Part shown: one piece after another, positions 1 to 10,524 of the stretch
How the letters are laid out: each line of letters starts with the position of its first letter
Position numbering within the stretch: the first letter of the stretch is position 1
Source: Histomonas meleagridis 2922-C6/04-290x
Taxonomy: Eukaryota; Protista; Parabasalia
Reading direction: 5' to 3'
Length of the DNA stretch: 64,000 nucleotides
NCBI GenBank assembly: GCA_020184695.1
Contig: JAANOX010000252.1
Span: forward strand, 5,957 to 69,956
Translations under genes and position numbers: made by a program
The notes under the pieces: model-generated
The model's database searches: none
The model's input: only the letters and a program-made list of their open reading frames with translations
What the model was told of the DNA's origin: nothing

Positions 1-2
1 AT

Positions 3-2561
3 ATAAGCATTTCTAGTAATTCTAAAAAATCAAATGAAAAAGCACAAATTAAAAATTCAAAATCAAGTTCTGATGAATTTAGTATTTTAAGTCAAAGTAG
101 TTATTCAAGAAAACAAGATAATTCATCTAAATCTAAAAATAATAATAATTTAAGTGATCATAATACTCCGCAATCATCAAAACATAATTTAAATCAAAAT
201 AAATCAAATAGCTCATTTCAAAATTTAGAAAAAAATTCATCAAAATCAAAAAACTCAAATATTAATGAAAAATCTCAAAAGTCAAATTCAAACAAAATTA
301 AAAATAAAAATAATTCTTCTTTTATTGACTTGATTTCTGATGAATCACTTTCAAGTAATAATGATATCTTCTTATCCCAAAATAGTTCCTCAAAAACAAA
401 TAAAAGCAAAGATTTGGAATTACTTTCAAGCAGTTCATTTATGGATTCAGATTTAGAGATTATTCCCGAAAAATCTAAGCATCAAATAGATAATTTAAGT
501 CAAAGTAACTCATCTAAATCAAAGAAATTTAATAAAAGCATAAACATAGATGATAATTCTGAAAGTGGTAAAAATACAAACAAAATCTCTCAACAAGGTA
601 ATTCATCTAAATCAAAGAAATCAAACAAAAGAATGAGTTCAGATGTTGATATTATTGATTTGGATAACTCTTTTGATAACAATAAAAGTAAAAAAGGAAC
701 ATCTCAACATAGCCATTCTCAATCAAAGAAATCTAATAAAGATTTGAGTTCAGATGTTGATATTATTGATTTGGATAACTCTTTTGATAACAATAAAAGT
801 AAAAAAGGAACATCTCAACATAGCCATTCTCAATCAAAGAAATCTAATAAAGATTTGAGTTCAGACGTTGATATTATTGAATTAGATGATAGTTTCGGAA
901 GTGGTAAAAATAAAAACAAAATTTCACAGCAAAGTAACTCATCGAAGTCAAATAAATCAAACAAAATAATGAGTTCAGAAGTTGATCTTGATTTAGATGA
1001 TACATTTGAAAATATTCAAAGCAAAGTTACAAACTTACATCAAAGTAATTCTTCCAAATCAAACAAAAACAAAGATTTGGAATTACTTTCAAGTAGCTCA
1101 TTTATGGATTCTGATTTGAAGATTAATTCAGATCGATCTAAACATAAAACAGATAATTTAAGTCAAAGTAATTCATCTAAATCAAAGAAAACAAATAAAA
1201 GTTCAAAAATTGATATAATTGATTTAGATGACTCTTTCGGAAGTGATAAAGACAAAAGCAAAATATCTCATCAAAGTAATTCATCTCAAGCAAAGAAATC
1301 TATTAACATGAAATCAGTTGATATCATTGATTTAGATGATAGTTTCGAAAGTGATAAAAACAAAAGCAAAATTTCTCATCAAAGTAAATCATCGAAATCT
1401 AAAAATATACAATCAGTTGATATCATTGATTTGGATGACTCTTATGATAGTGTTAAAAATAAAAGTGTTATTTCTCAACAAAGTAATTCATCTAAATCAA
1501 AGAAATCTATGAAAACGAACTCTGTCGATATCATTGATTTAGATGACTCATTTGAAAGTAAGAAAAGCAAAATTTCTCATCAAAGTAAATCATCGAAATC
1601 GAAGAATATGAAATCAGTTGATATTATCGATTTAGATGACTCTTTTGATAGCATTAAAAATAAAAGTAAAGTTTCTCATCAAAGTATTTCAAATAAATCT
1701 AAGAAAAACATGAGATCAAATGCTGAATTAAATGATAGTTTCGAAAGTGATAAAAGCAAAAGCAAAATTTCTCATCAAAGTAATTCATCAAAATCAAAGA
1801 AATCTATTAATATGAAATCAGTTGATATCATTGATTTAGATGACAGTTTCGAAAGTGATAAAAGCAAAAGCAAAATTTCTCATCAAAGTAATTCATCAAA
1901 ATCAAAGAAAGATAATAATATTCTTTCAAGTAGTTCATTTGCGAATAAAAAATTCGATGATATTTCGGAAATATCATCTCATAAATCTAAATCAATGAAA
2001 AACACCAAAAATACGAAATCAAGTTCCATAGTAATTGATTTTGGAATCGATGACAATTCTGAACGCAAGAACACAGAAAAACATAAAGAAATTAACTCAA
2101 AATCCAAAACCAAAAATGAGCTTTCTTCTTATTCAATTGATCTTAATTTCGAAGGAATCTCTGAAGTATCAAAACATGAAACGTCTGTATCCAAATCAAA
2201 TAAACATCCAACAAACTCTCAAGCAAAACAAACAAGTGCTACTAATTCTAAAATTACTTTTTTGGATTCATCTGATGATTCGAATAATTCAGCAAAGAAA
2301 ATCAAATCCACAAAGTCAAAGGACATGTTTTCAATTTCCAATAAACAAAGTAATCATTCTATAAATGAAAAAGATGAAATTGATAAACTTTCTGTATCTT
2401 CAAATCGTAAACAAACGAATGAAAGCAGTGATATTCATAGTTTTGGATCGAGAAGTTCAAAAGTAATTGGTAGGAGACCAACTCCAATATCACGTAACAA
2501 AAACTTAAAATCAAGTTTTACTGCACCAATTTTTGATGATTCTAGTTCTTATTCAGATTGA
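3..2561 (+). CDS. Ser/Lys-rich low-complexity protein with ~9 tandem SIM-like (DII[DE]LD) motifs; 5'-partial
   Basis: The frame of ORF 330..2561 stays open back to position 3, so the true start lies outside the window. It contains repeated VDIIDLDDSF units. Confidence 0.75.
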   Translation: MSISSNSKKSNEKAQIKNSKSSSDEFSILSQSSYSRKQDNSSKSKNNNNLSDHNTPQSSKHNLNQNKSNSSFQNLEKNSSKSKNSNINEKSQKSNSNKIKNKNNSSFIDLISDESLSSNNDIFLSQNSSSKTNKSKDLELLSSSSFMDSDLEIIPEKSKHQIDNLSQSNSSKSKKFNKSINIDDNSESGKNTNKISQQGNSSKSKKSNKRMSSDVDIIDLDNSFDNNKSKKGTSQHSHSQSKKSNKDLSSDVDIIDLDNSFDNNKSKKGTSQHSHSQSKKSNKDLSSDVDIIELDDSFGSGKNKNKISQQSNSSKSNKSNKIMSSEVDLDLDDTFENIQSKVTNLHQSNSSKSNKNKDLELLSSSSFMDSDLKINSDRSKHKTDNLSQSNSSKSKKTNKSSKIDIIDLDDSFGSDKDKSKISHQSNSSQAKKSINMKSVDIIDLDDSFESDKNKSKISHQSKSSKSKNIQSVDIIDLDDSYDSVKNKSVISQQSNSSKSKKSMKTNSVDIIDLDDSFESKKSKISHQSKSSKSKNMKSVDIIDLDDSFDSIKNKSKVSHQSISNKSKKNMRSNAELNDSFESDKSKSKISHQSNSSKSKKSINMKSVDIIDLDDSFESDKSKSKISHQSNSSKSKKDNNILSSSSFANKKFDDISEISSHKSKSMKNTKNTKSSSIVIDFGIDDNSERKNTEKHKEINSKSKTKNELSSYSIDLNFEGISEVSKHETSVSKSNKHPTNSQAKQTSATNSKITFLDSSDDSNNSAKKIKSTKSKDMFSISNKQSNHSINEKDEIDKLSVSSNRKQTNESSDIHSFGSRSSKVIGRRPTPISRNKNLKSSFTAPIFDDSSSYSD
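634..880 (+). repeat. 111-nt (37-aa) in-frame tandem repeat, two full copies plus the start of a third
   Basis: TGAGTTCAGA recurs at 634, 745 and 856 with near-identical sequence between. Confidence 0.85.
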
Positions 2562-3160
2562 TATTATATTAATAATATAATTATGATACATTGTTAAATT
2601 AAAATAAAGATAATTGATATATTGGTCCAATATATTCACCGTTTTTATTGAAATAATTTATAGTCGAACCATTAACAAATTAAGCTGATATCATTTGATC
2701 ATATTATATTGCTTTGGTTATCTTTTTGGCGTTATTTTTTATAACGAAATCAATTCATTAATTGATTTTGAATTGAATTCAATGCATTGATAAATAGAAA
2801 ACTTTACTTTTTTTTGAATCGATAAAAAACGATAAAACCGCAAAACCTGCAGAAAAGTCATGATTCAAATTGGAACCAAACTCACAAAAAAATTGCAAAC
2901 AGGACAAAATTGAATTGTTGTAAATAGCTTTTTCAATTATGTTTTTTCACGTGTATTTTCAACTCAAACCGTTTCAAACATTTTTCAAAAATCTGTGATT
3001 ATTTAGGAATGTGTGACCAATGTCATAAGTTCGGTCAAATTTAATTCAAAGAAAGCTGCATGGTCCCTCATGTAAATTTCAATTCTGAACTCAAAATTTA
3101 TCAACAGCTTTTGTATTATTTGTCACAAATAACTTTTTCCAAATCTTAACCCAAATCAAA

Positions 3161-5029
3161 ATGTTGATTCTTCTGTTTTTAGCACCAGCACATTCTCAAT
3201 CATCTTATCAAAGGTCACAAATCCAAGGTTTAACTGCACGATTTGATGTAAGCTGGTTAGAACTTGGTAGTAACAGTATCAAATCATCTAAGCTCAGCAA
3301 TGCATTTTATAAGTTAAGTAATGAACATGAAAACACAAATAATCATTTAAGAAAACTTCTTGCAACAGACAGTTCATGGGAAGCAAATGATCAAATGCGA
3401 GTAGATCTTGTAGGCGATGGTATGTCCATGACTAATTTTGTATGGACCACATCTTCTTCAAGTGGGTTGTTTAAACAAGGTATGTTTTCAGGAGGATCAG
3501 TGTCTGCTTCTGGAGGAACATATTTTACCATAACTTGCTTCTACCCGAATGCATTAATAACTGACACACGTAAGCAAAATGGCGAAGTAACAATGAAAGC
3601 TTTGGATTTCATGTTTGGTCAATCAAGCACTATTCGATCCAATACTGATACAGTAACTGTATCACTTTCTAGAAAAATGGCTCGTTTGTATTTAACAATT
3701 CATTTTGGCACAACACAAATTACATCACAGACTCTTTCAGAGTATACTTTATATATTAATGGCATAAAACATGATGGAAATTATTACACTGATGGAAGAG
3801 CGGCTGCTAATTCAGATGCAGCTATAGTTAATGATTGGGACATTACAAATATTTGCACAGCTAATACAGCTTCTCAAACCATTGCATGTAAAATGATATT
3901 ATTTCCACAAACATTAATAAATGGAATTACGTTATCTGTTGTTCGAAATGGACAATCTGTAGATGAAGTAATTCAAATTGCTTCTTTAGATTCTGGATAT
4001 ATATATGATTGTGATATTACTATGGATTTAATAACTTTAACTTTTACTCAGTCAAATACTTTTTCGAATACATTTACATCATCCAATACATTTTCGAATA
4101 CATTTACTGAATCAAATATATTTACACAATCAAACACTTTTACACAATCTAATACATATACACAATCAAACACATTTTCAAATTCAAATACATTTACGCA
4201 ATCTAATACATTTTCAAATTCATATATTTTTACACAATCAAATACATTTTCAAATTCAAATTCATTTTCAAATTCAAATACATTTACGCAGTCAAATACA
4301 TTCACTGAATCGAATTCATTTTCTAATACATTTACATTGTCAAACACGTTCACACAATCGAATTCATTTTCTAACACATTTACATTGTCAAACACATTCA
4401 CAGGATCAAACACATATTCGGATACATTTACTAGATCAAATTCATTTACTAAGTCGAACACATTTTCAAATTCAAATTCATTTTCAGGTTCAAATTCATT
4501 TACTAAATCGAATTCATTCACAGAATCATTAAAGTTTAATGAACAATATACTTATTCCATAACTTTAACATATTCTATTGCATTTGAAGAGACTCATAGT
4601 ATGACAAAGATATTATCTGATACATTTACATTAATGAATTATAATTCAACTTATTCATATACCAACACATTACTCATTGTTTATCAATATACAATTGTCA
4701 AATATCCAACGTATTATCCAATATATTCACAATATTATATGATTATGCCAATAGACGACAATACATATGAAAATAATAATAATACAACTACAATAGTAAT
4801 CGTAGTCGTATGTATAGTTGTAGTTATTGTGATCATATGTTTAGTTGTTGGTTTATATATTCGTCATCAAAGAAATAAATTAAAGCAAACAGAAAAGGCT
4901 GAAAGTGTTGACGTTGAATATGGAATAGAAATGGAAACAACTAATGATTACACTGCAACAAAAATGAATCATATTTTAGATGACCCATTTGCGGATGATT
5001 TCATGGAAGATAATCGTGTAAACATTTAA
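3161..5029 (+). CDS. Type I surface protein: signal peptide, fimbrillin-like domain, Ser/Thr stalk, TM helix, acidic tail
   Basis: Hydrophobic N-terminus MLILLFLAPAHS, FTQSNT repeats, TM IVIVVVCIVVVIVIICLVVGLYI and tail DDPFADDF. The domain call is from motif recognition only. Confidence 0.8.
   Translation: MLILLFLAPAHSQSSYQRSQIQGLTARFDVSWLELGSNSIKSSKLSNAFYKLSNEHENTNNHLRKLLATDSSWEANDQMRVDLVGDGMSMTNFVWTTSSSSGLFKQGMFSGGSVSASGGTYFTITCFYPNALITDTRKQNGEVTMKALDFMFGQSSTIRSNTDTVTVSLSRKMARLYLTIHFGTTQITSQTLSEYTLYINGIKHDGNYYTDGRAAANSDAAIVNDWDITNICTANTASQTIACKMILFPQTLINGITLSVVRNGQSVDEVIQIASLDSGYIYDCDITMDLITLTFTQSNTFSNTFTSSNTFSNTFTESNIFTQSNTFTQSNTYTQSNTFSNSNTFTQSNTFSNSYIFTQSNTFSNSNSFSNSNTFTQSNTFTESNSFSNTFTLSNTFTQSNSFSNTFTLSNTFTGSNTYSDTFTRSNSFTKSNTFSNSNSFSGSNSFTKSNSFTESLKFNEQYTYSITLTYSIAFEETHSMTKILSDTFTLMNYNSTYSYTNTLLIVYQYTIVKYPTYYPIYSQYYMIMPIDDNTYENNNNTTTIVIVVVCIVVVIVIICLVVGLYIRHQRNKLKQTEKAESVDVEYGIEMETTNDYTATKMNHILDDPFADDFMEDNRVNI
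4040..4530 (+). repeat. 18-nt (6-aa, F-[TS]-x-S-N-[TS]) tandem coding repeat forming a mucin-like stalk
   Basis: Visible periodic FTQSNT/FSNSNT units. Confidence 0.85.
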
Positions 5030-5075
5030 TGAATTAAATAGTTTTACTAAAACATGTTTCCGACATATGTTTAAT

Positions 5076-6011
5076 TCAGTTTGGGTTCGTGAGTAAAGCT
5101 GAGAACTCAAAAAGTGGCTTTTGTGAACCGTTTCTATCGTACTGAATGCCAGATGTGAAAGTGTTGTCTCCCAGTGAAACAGAGGCAGAGAGACGGAACA
5201 AAGAAATGTCTTTGGTACTTAATATAATGTCAACATCTTTATAATTAAATGAAACGCCCGTTTTGAAATGATTTTTTTTATGTGAATCAAATTCAAAACC
5301 AAAGTTAGCAAACGGAAAACAAGCGCCGAATTTACTTGAAAATGCATGTTTTGAGGGGTCATAAAGGGCTCCAAGTTCAAAAATAGAATATTTTGATGTT
5401 GTGGCTAATTGAAATGATTTAATTTTCTTATCAAAAATGTCAATTTTCCCGAAAAATTCTGTGGGAATTTTATCCCTTAATTGATGTTTAGTATTAACTT
5501 GAAATATTACAGATTGAGGTTGAAAAGATGAAATAATATTAAATTTAGGATTGTTAATACTTATAGTAATAGAACAAAGAGGACCTATGATGCCTATTGT
5601 TTCAAAAGATGTTGCTTTATATTTAAACGGGTGAGAAATTTTTGTGGAGATGGAATATGATTGTTTTGTTTTGATCCCATTAAAAACAATCAAAGAATTT
5701 TTATACATCATAGGGACATTTTGTTCAAAAAGCCATAATTTCTCATTATTTTGAATTGCAATTGATTGGATTGAAAACGAAGGTTTAAAAGAAATGTTAG
5801 GTGTAAATGTAAATTTACTTTCTTCTGGATTTATTGTGAGGATGGATCTTCCTACTTTATTTACGAAATTTCCATATAACGAAATTAATTCAAATTTTTT
5901 ATTGGTTTTAATTAGGAATTCTCCTGTTGGTGTAAAATACTTTAATGAAACTGAACCTTCCTTGATAAAAGATTCAAGAATTGAACTCTGAATAGACAAG
6001 AAAGTGTTCAT
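5076..6011 (-). CDS. Hypothetical protein, possibly a eukaryotic porin/Tom40-like beta-barrel
   Basis: ~311-aa ORF from the ATG at 6011. The C-terminal half has alternating beta-strand patterns (FKTGVSFNY, FRLSASVSLG, FTSGIQYD, LFEFSALL). Confidence 0.4.
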   Translation of the reverse strand: MNTFLSIQSSILESFIKEGSVSLKYFTPTGEFLIKTNKKFELISLYGNFVNKVGRSILTINPEESKFTFTPNISFKPSFSIQSIAIQNNEKLWLFEQNVPMMYKNSLIVFNGIKTKQSYSISTKISHPFKYKATSFETIGIIGPLCSITISINNPKFNIISSFQPQSVIFQVNTKHQLRDKIPTEFFGKIDIFDKKIKSFQLATTSKYSIFELGALYDPSKHAFSSKFGACFPFANFGFEFDSHKKNHFKTGVSFNYKDVDIILSTKDISLFRLSASVSLGDNTFTSGIQYDRNGSQKPLFEFSALLTNPN

Positions 6012-6097
6012 AAACAAGGACCAAAATAAATGGCCATTTTTAGGAAAAATATAAAACGATTAAAATCAATTGTAAAAGTGGAATCGGCTTAAATTCA

Positions 6098-7615
6098 ATG
6101 TGCTTCAGCATTCCATGTTTTCCAAATGACGTGGAAAAGCTATATTCTCTAATACAAGAAGAAATCAATGAACTTGATGAACTCAACAAAAAGATTTCCC
6201 TTCTAAAAGAACCTGAATTAAAACTACCAAAATTTTCCATAACTTCAAATATCAAAGCCAAATCATCAATTTCCCTTCATAACTTCATTGATATGAGAGA
6301 TGAAGTTGTTGATTATCATTTCCATCCAACTCATCTATATTTTTTTGTTGGATGTCCAAAGGAGATCTATATTTTTAATGTTCCTACCAGCAATAATCCT
6401 ACCAATCTTAAATTTCCTCAACCTGAACTTACTTTAAGCAAATTTATTCCAACTTGTAATAATGATTTAATCACTCTTTTTGATAATAATTCACTTAAAC
6501 AATATTCCAGAGAGCATAATGTTTGGGTTGATTTGTTAGCCACTAGCGATCCCATTATTTCACTTCATACATCTGATAATCATTTAATTATTCAATTTCA
6601 AAACAAAGCCACTGTTTTCACTCTTGACCGTGGCCAATATAAAGACTTTGCATTTACACCTAGTCCTATTATTGATGTTTGTGTACCTAACCGTGCCTGC
6701 GTGTCACTTTTCCTTACAGCCGATAGCAATATTTTAACGTACTCCCTTCGTTCGCGTGAACTTGATTCCACAATTAATGTCAATGATTGCACGCATATTG
6801 TCTGTAATTCTCAATGGACGCATTATATCTCATATAGTAATTACTCAGCCAGTGTTTTTCTAGCCAAAACCGGCAACAAAATTTATGAGGTTGAAGAACC
6901 TATTCGAAGTTTATCCACTGACGGCAATTTATTTTGTATTTTATTAGATCAAGACAGCGAAGAAACGATCATTGTTATCTATGATGTTAAACGCCGCTGT
7001 GAGATCTCTCGATTACAATATCAGCATCAAAATGTGCAAAGAATACAAATGCGTAAGTCAAGTAACCACAACTATTACATCTTGTTATATGAAGGCGATA
7101 ACAAATTCACGTTATGGCTATACGTACCTCCAACGTGTGGCTCCAAGGCGAAACTAAAGCCCACGGGCACATCCACGAGCATCATTCCGAACAACAACGC
7201 CAACGCGAATATTAATATGAACATAAACATGAGCAAAAATATCGAATTACAAAACCAACAGCAAATGCTTCAGCAACAACAGCAACAGCAACAGGCATTG
7301 CCTCAGCCATTTTTCCAAAGCTTTTTGATGTTGCCAACATTTAACCCGACGCCACCACCGCCGCCGCAACAGGCACAAGTGGTGCGAACAACAAAAAGAT
7401 TCCAATCGTTCCCGGTAAGAGTACAAGCGCAGCAAATGCCAAGCTTCACAATTATGCCAGCGCCACTGCAACAGCCGCAGCCATACCAGCTGAGGCCGGT
7501 GCAAACAAGAACAGTGAAGTCGTGCGTGGTGAAGCCAGTGCAGAAGGGACAACAAGTGAATAATAACCCGCAAAGTGGAAATCCGCAATTTTATGGATAC
7601 CAACAAAACATGTAA
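6098..7615 (+). CDS. WD40/beta-propeller-like protein with Gln/Pro-rich C-terminus
   Basis: 505-aa ORF with strand-rich repeats (IVIYDVK, FTLWLY), poly-Q and PPPPP tail. Confidence 0.6.
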   Translation: MCFSIPCFPNDVEKLYSLIQEEINELDELNKKISLLKEPELKLPKFSITSNIKAKSSISLHNFIDMRDEVVDYHFHPTHLYFFVGCPKEIYIFNVPTSNNPTNLKFPQPELTLSKFIPTCNNDLITLFDNNSLKQYSREHNVWVDLLATSDPIISLHTSDNHLIIQFQNKATVFTLDRGQYKDFAFTPSPIIDVCVPNRACVSLFLTADSNILTYSLRSRELDSTINVNDCTHIVCNSQWTHYISYSNYSASVFLAKTGNKIYEVEEPIRSLSTDGNLFCILLDQDSEETIIVIYDVKRRCEISRLQYQHQNVQRIQMRKSSNHNYYILLYEGDNKFTLWLYVPPTCGSKAKLKPTGTSTSIIPNNNANANINMNINMSKNIELQNQQQMLQQQQQQQQALPQPFFQSFLMLPTFNPTPPPPPQQAQVVRTTKRFQSFPVRVQAQQMPSFTIMPAPLQQPQPYQLRPVQTRTVKSCVVKPVQKGQQVNNNPQSGNPQFYGYQQNM

Positions 7616-8069
7616 TGAAAGTGTTTGTAAATCATTTTATGTGTAATGAATAAAAATATTATATATGAAATATGTATCGTAAGTAAATATGAGAGAATTT
7701 GGATCGTAATTTGGATAAATGGTTATGCAAGTGATTGAGGATGGTAAATGTTGATCAGCGATGACATATCGTTTGCCATTTTTTGTAGATGATGGAAAAA
7801 GTGTCTCCCTCGATGTCGATCGTCATATGGTGAATAGTTATTTTCTACCCTTAGTGGGAGTGACTTTTAAGAATCTAATAAAATGTTTTTGAATATTATT
7901 AAAACTTTGTAAAATATAAGAAAGTAGCTAAATTTTAATCAAATTTTGAACTAATTAAAAACTTAAAATTAAATCGAGATAAGAGCAAAAGGACTTTGCA
8001 GTTTGTGCTGTAATAATAAAACTTTGTATTTATTGTATTTAATAAAAAGAATTCATGTAAAATTTATTT

Positions 8070-9227
8070 TTAACAATTTGTAATTTCATTACTTAAAATT
8101 ACTTTCAGCAATTTTTCTATTTTCTCTATATCGCACACAGCAGCTGTTTCTCTTATAGAGTTCATTCCGATCACTGGAAAACCAATGCCTACAGCTGTTG
8201 CTCCCATTTGTTCTGCTTCATCAACTTCATCGACATGTACAACATTTACTTTTTCCGAATTTTTCATTGTTAATTCGATAATTTTATTATTTAAATTGTT
8301 CTTACAAACATAAAATGGCCCACTTCCCAATGGAGTTTGATCAAATTCGACGATTTTGTTTTGATTAAAACATTTTATTGGAACAAAAAACAAATTACGA
8401 AAAATATTTTGTTTTGTTCCAATTCGCTTCAAAATCGAATTAAAACTATTAACATAATTTGACCCATCATGAATAATAAAGGAAATAAAATTCCCTTGAG
8501 ATGGTTTTGTCCCAATAAATTGCTTAAGCCCAATAATGGTTGGAACAGACGAGCTGAGCCGTTGACCGTTAAGGAATTCGTTATTAATTCCAACCGTTGA
8601 ACACTTTTGATGCGAAACCATAAACAAATCGAAATCAACAATGTCCTGCACATTACACTCGCATTCTTTTGAAATGATTTTCATCAAAGAAGGCGAGTGA
8701 TTTGAATCCAAGGGAAATGATTCAATTATATGTGGATTGATGATGGCATTGAAGTGTTCCTTAAGATTATAATTACAATCACGAGAAAGTAAATGTATAG
8801 CTAGTGATGGAATTGACGCTACAGGTGAGGAACAATGAATTAATTTGGATTTTGTTTTTCCATCCTTTTTGAAAAAAACTTTACCTGAAATTGTTAAATC
8901 TCTGTCAAGCCAAGAAGACCATAGACCTTGGCCATGTGGAATCAAGTTAAGTTGTTCATAATTATTTTGAACTATGAGTGAATGAGGCTTTATTTCAAAC
9001 CCTGGTGAATCACCATTTACAGTAATAACAATACCTTTGTTTAAACCTAAAATATTAAATGCAATGATTTTGTTTGAAATAATAACAAAAAATTTATTTG
9101 GTATTGTTGTCCATTCAATTTTTTCATCTAACTCAGTATATCCGGAATCTTTGAGTAATTTCTTTGATTGCTCAATGCAATGTAATATTGTAGGAGTTTG
9201 ATTGACAAATGATTTTGTTTCTTCCAT
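8070..9227 (-). CDS. M18 aspartyl aminopeptidase homologue with degenerate metal ligands
   Basis: DSP, WLDRDLTISGKV, SIPSLAIHL, DFDL and SIRE motifs. ATG at 9227 (MEETKSF). Confidence 0.8.
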   Translation of the reverse strand: MEETKSFVNQTPTILHCIEQSKKLLKDSGYTELDEKIEWTTIPNKFFVIISNKIIAFNILGLNKGIVITVNGDSPGFEIKPHSLIVQNNYEQLNLIPHGQGLWSSWLDRDLTISGKVFFKKDGKTKSKLIHCSSPVASIPSLAIHLLSRDCNYNLKEHFNAIINPHIIESFPLDSNHSPSLMKIISKECECNVQDIVDFDLFMVSHQKCSTVGINNEFLNGQRLSSSVPTIIGLKQFIGTKPSQGNFISFIIHDGSNYVNSFNSILKRIGTKQNIFRNLFFVPIKCFNQNKIVEFDQTPLGSGPFYVCKNNLNNKIIELTMKNSEKVNVVHVDEVDEAEQMGATAVGIGFPVIGMNSIRETAAVCDIEKIEKLLKVILSNEITNC

Positions 9228-9355
9228 TTTACTTGGGGTGCTCCAAAGGGTAAAAGGGTAATAATAAACGGTTATTTCGACCACATAATATTTACGTTTT
9301 ATTTGAAAAGTGAATCTAATTCAATTTACTAACGGTTAGATGGACCAAAACAAAA

Positions 9356-10150
9356 ATGAGTAATTGCTCTGTTACATTAGATGAAGTTATTGAAATTCGT
9401 GATCGCTTAAAGTCTTTCATCGACGGAAATAAAGTTGATTCGAATTCCGATTTAGTTTTGGCAGATTTAGATACATTAAAAAATTTTCAATTTGATCAAA
9501 GGTCTCTAGGTTCAACAAAAATTGCAGGTGTTATTTCCCAATTAAAAACTAAACCTAAAAACGCGAATGTTAAAAAACAAGCAGCTGAACTTTTCGAAAT
9601 TCTCAAAAGTTCATTAACTGCTCGTGCGCCATCCCCAAAGCCATCTGCATCTGAAGTTCCTGAATCCACTCGTAAGCAAGTTCGTATTAGACTTCAAGAA
9701 AGACTTCAAGCCAAAATTGATTCAAATCACATTACACCAAAGATACCACTTGATCAAGTTGTCAAAGAACTTGAAGAAGCATTTGCTCAAGACCCCAACT
9801 ATAACAACAAAGTTTCAGACTTCTTAAAAGTTCTCAGAGCGGAAAACAAAAATGAGTTAATGATTGCAGAAAGACTATTATCTGGAGAACTTAAACCCGA
9901 AGTTGTAGCACGATTTACATCTGATGATTATATGACAGCTGCTGAGAGAGAGCATAAGGAACAATTACGAGTCGAAGCAATTAATGAGATTACTGTTTTC
10001 AAACCGCCCGCAACAAAAAGCGAATTCTTCCAATGCAGAAGGTGCAAGTCAAGAAATATTAGCTTTTACCAACTGCAGACAAGAAGCGCTGATGAGCCAA
10101 TGACCAATTTTTGTACTTGCGGTGATTGTGGTAACACATGGAAAGAGTAA
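9356..10150 (+). CDS. TFIIS: Transcription elongation factor S-II
   Basis: C-terminal zinc ribbon CRRCKS...QLQTRSADEPMTNFCTCGDCGNTWK; N-terminal LGSTKIAGVISQLK. Confidence 0.95.
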   Translation: MSNCSVTLDEVIEIRDRLKSFIDGNKVDSNSDLVLADLDTLKNFQFDQRSLGSTKIAGVISQLKTKPKNANVKKQAAELFEILKSSLTARAPSPKPSASEVPESTRKQVRIRLQERLQAKIDSNHITPKIPLDQVVKELEEAFAQDPNYNNKVSDFLKVLRAENKNELMIAERLLSGELKPEVVARFTSDDYMTAAEREHKEQLRVEAINEITVFKPPATKSEFFQCRRCKSRNISFYQLQTRSADEPMTNFCTCGDCGNTWKE

Positions 10151-10524
10151 AACAAATACTGTTTGGCAAAACTAATCAATAAACATCTTGAACAATGTTT
10201 ATTTCTGTTATAATATGTTCGGTATTTATAATAATAGAAATTACAGTTGTAATTTGTATTTTTATTAATTTTGATAATTTAAATATTAAATTTATGTTAG
10301 AAAATATATCAGAAAATAAGAATGCCAATGGTATTTCTTTGGTTTGTTTTAGTGATTTATTGTTCATTCTTTAGGTGTGATAATGTTTTAATATAGTTAT
10401 TTATGATAATATTAATTGAAATATTGAAACAAAATATTTCTAAGATTTTGATATATAGATGTATATATTATGAGTTCAACTATTATGCATTTTTCATAAA
10501 AAAATTGTTTTCATTATGTATTGT

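Noticed and set aside
4048-4521. Antisense ORF of 157 aa
   Set aside because: Shadow of the 18-nt stalk repeat.
7690-7870. GC-richer intergenic patch as a small gene or ncRNA
   Set aside because: Only short unrecognisable frames and no convincing structure.
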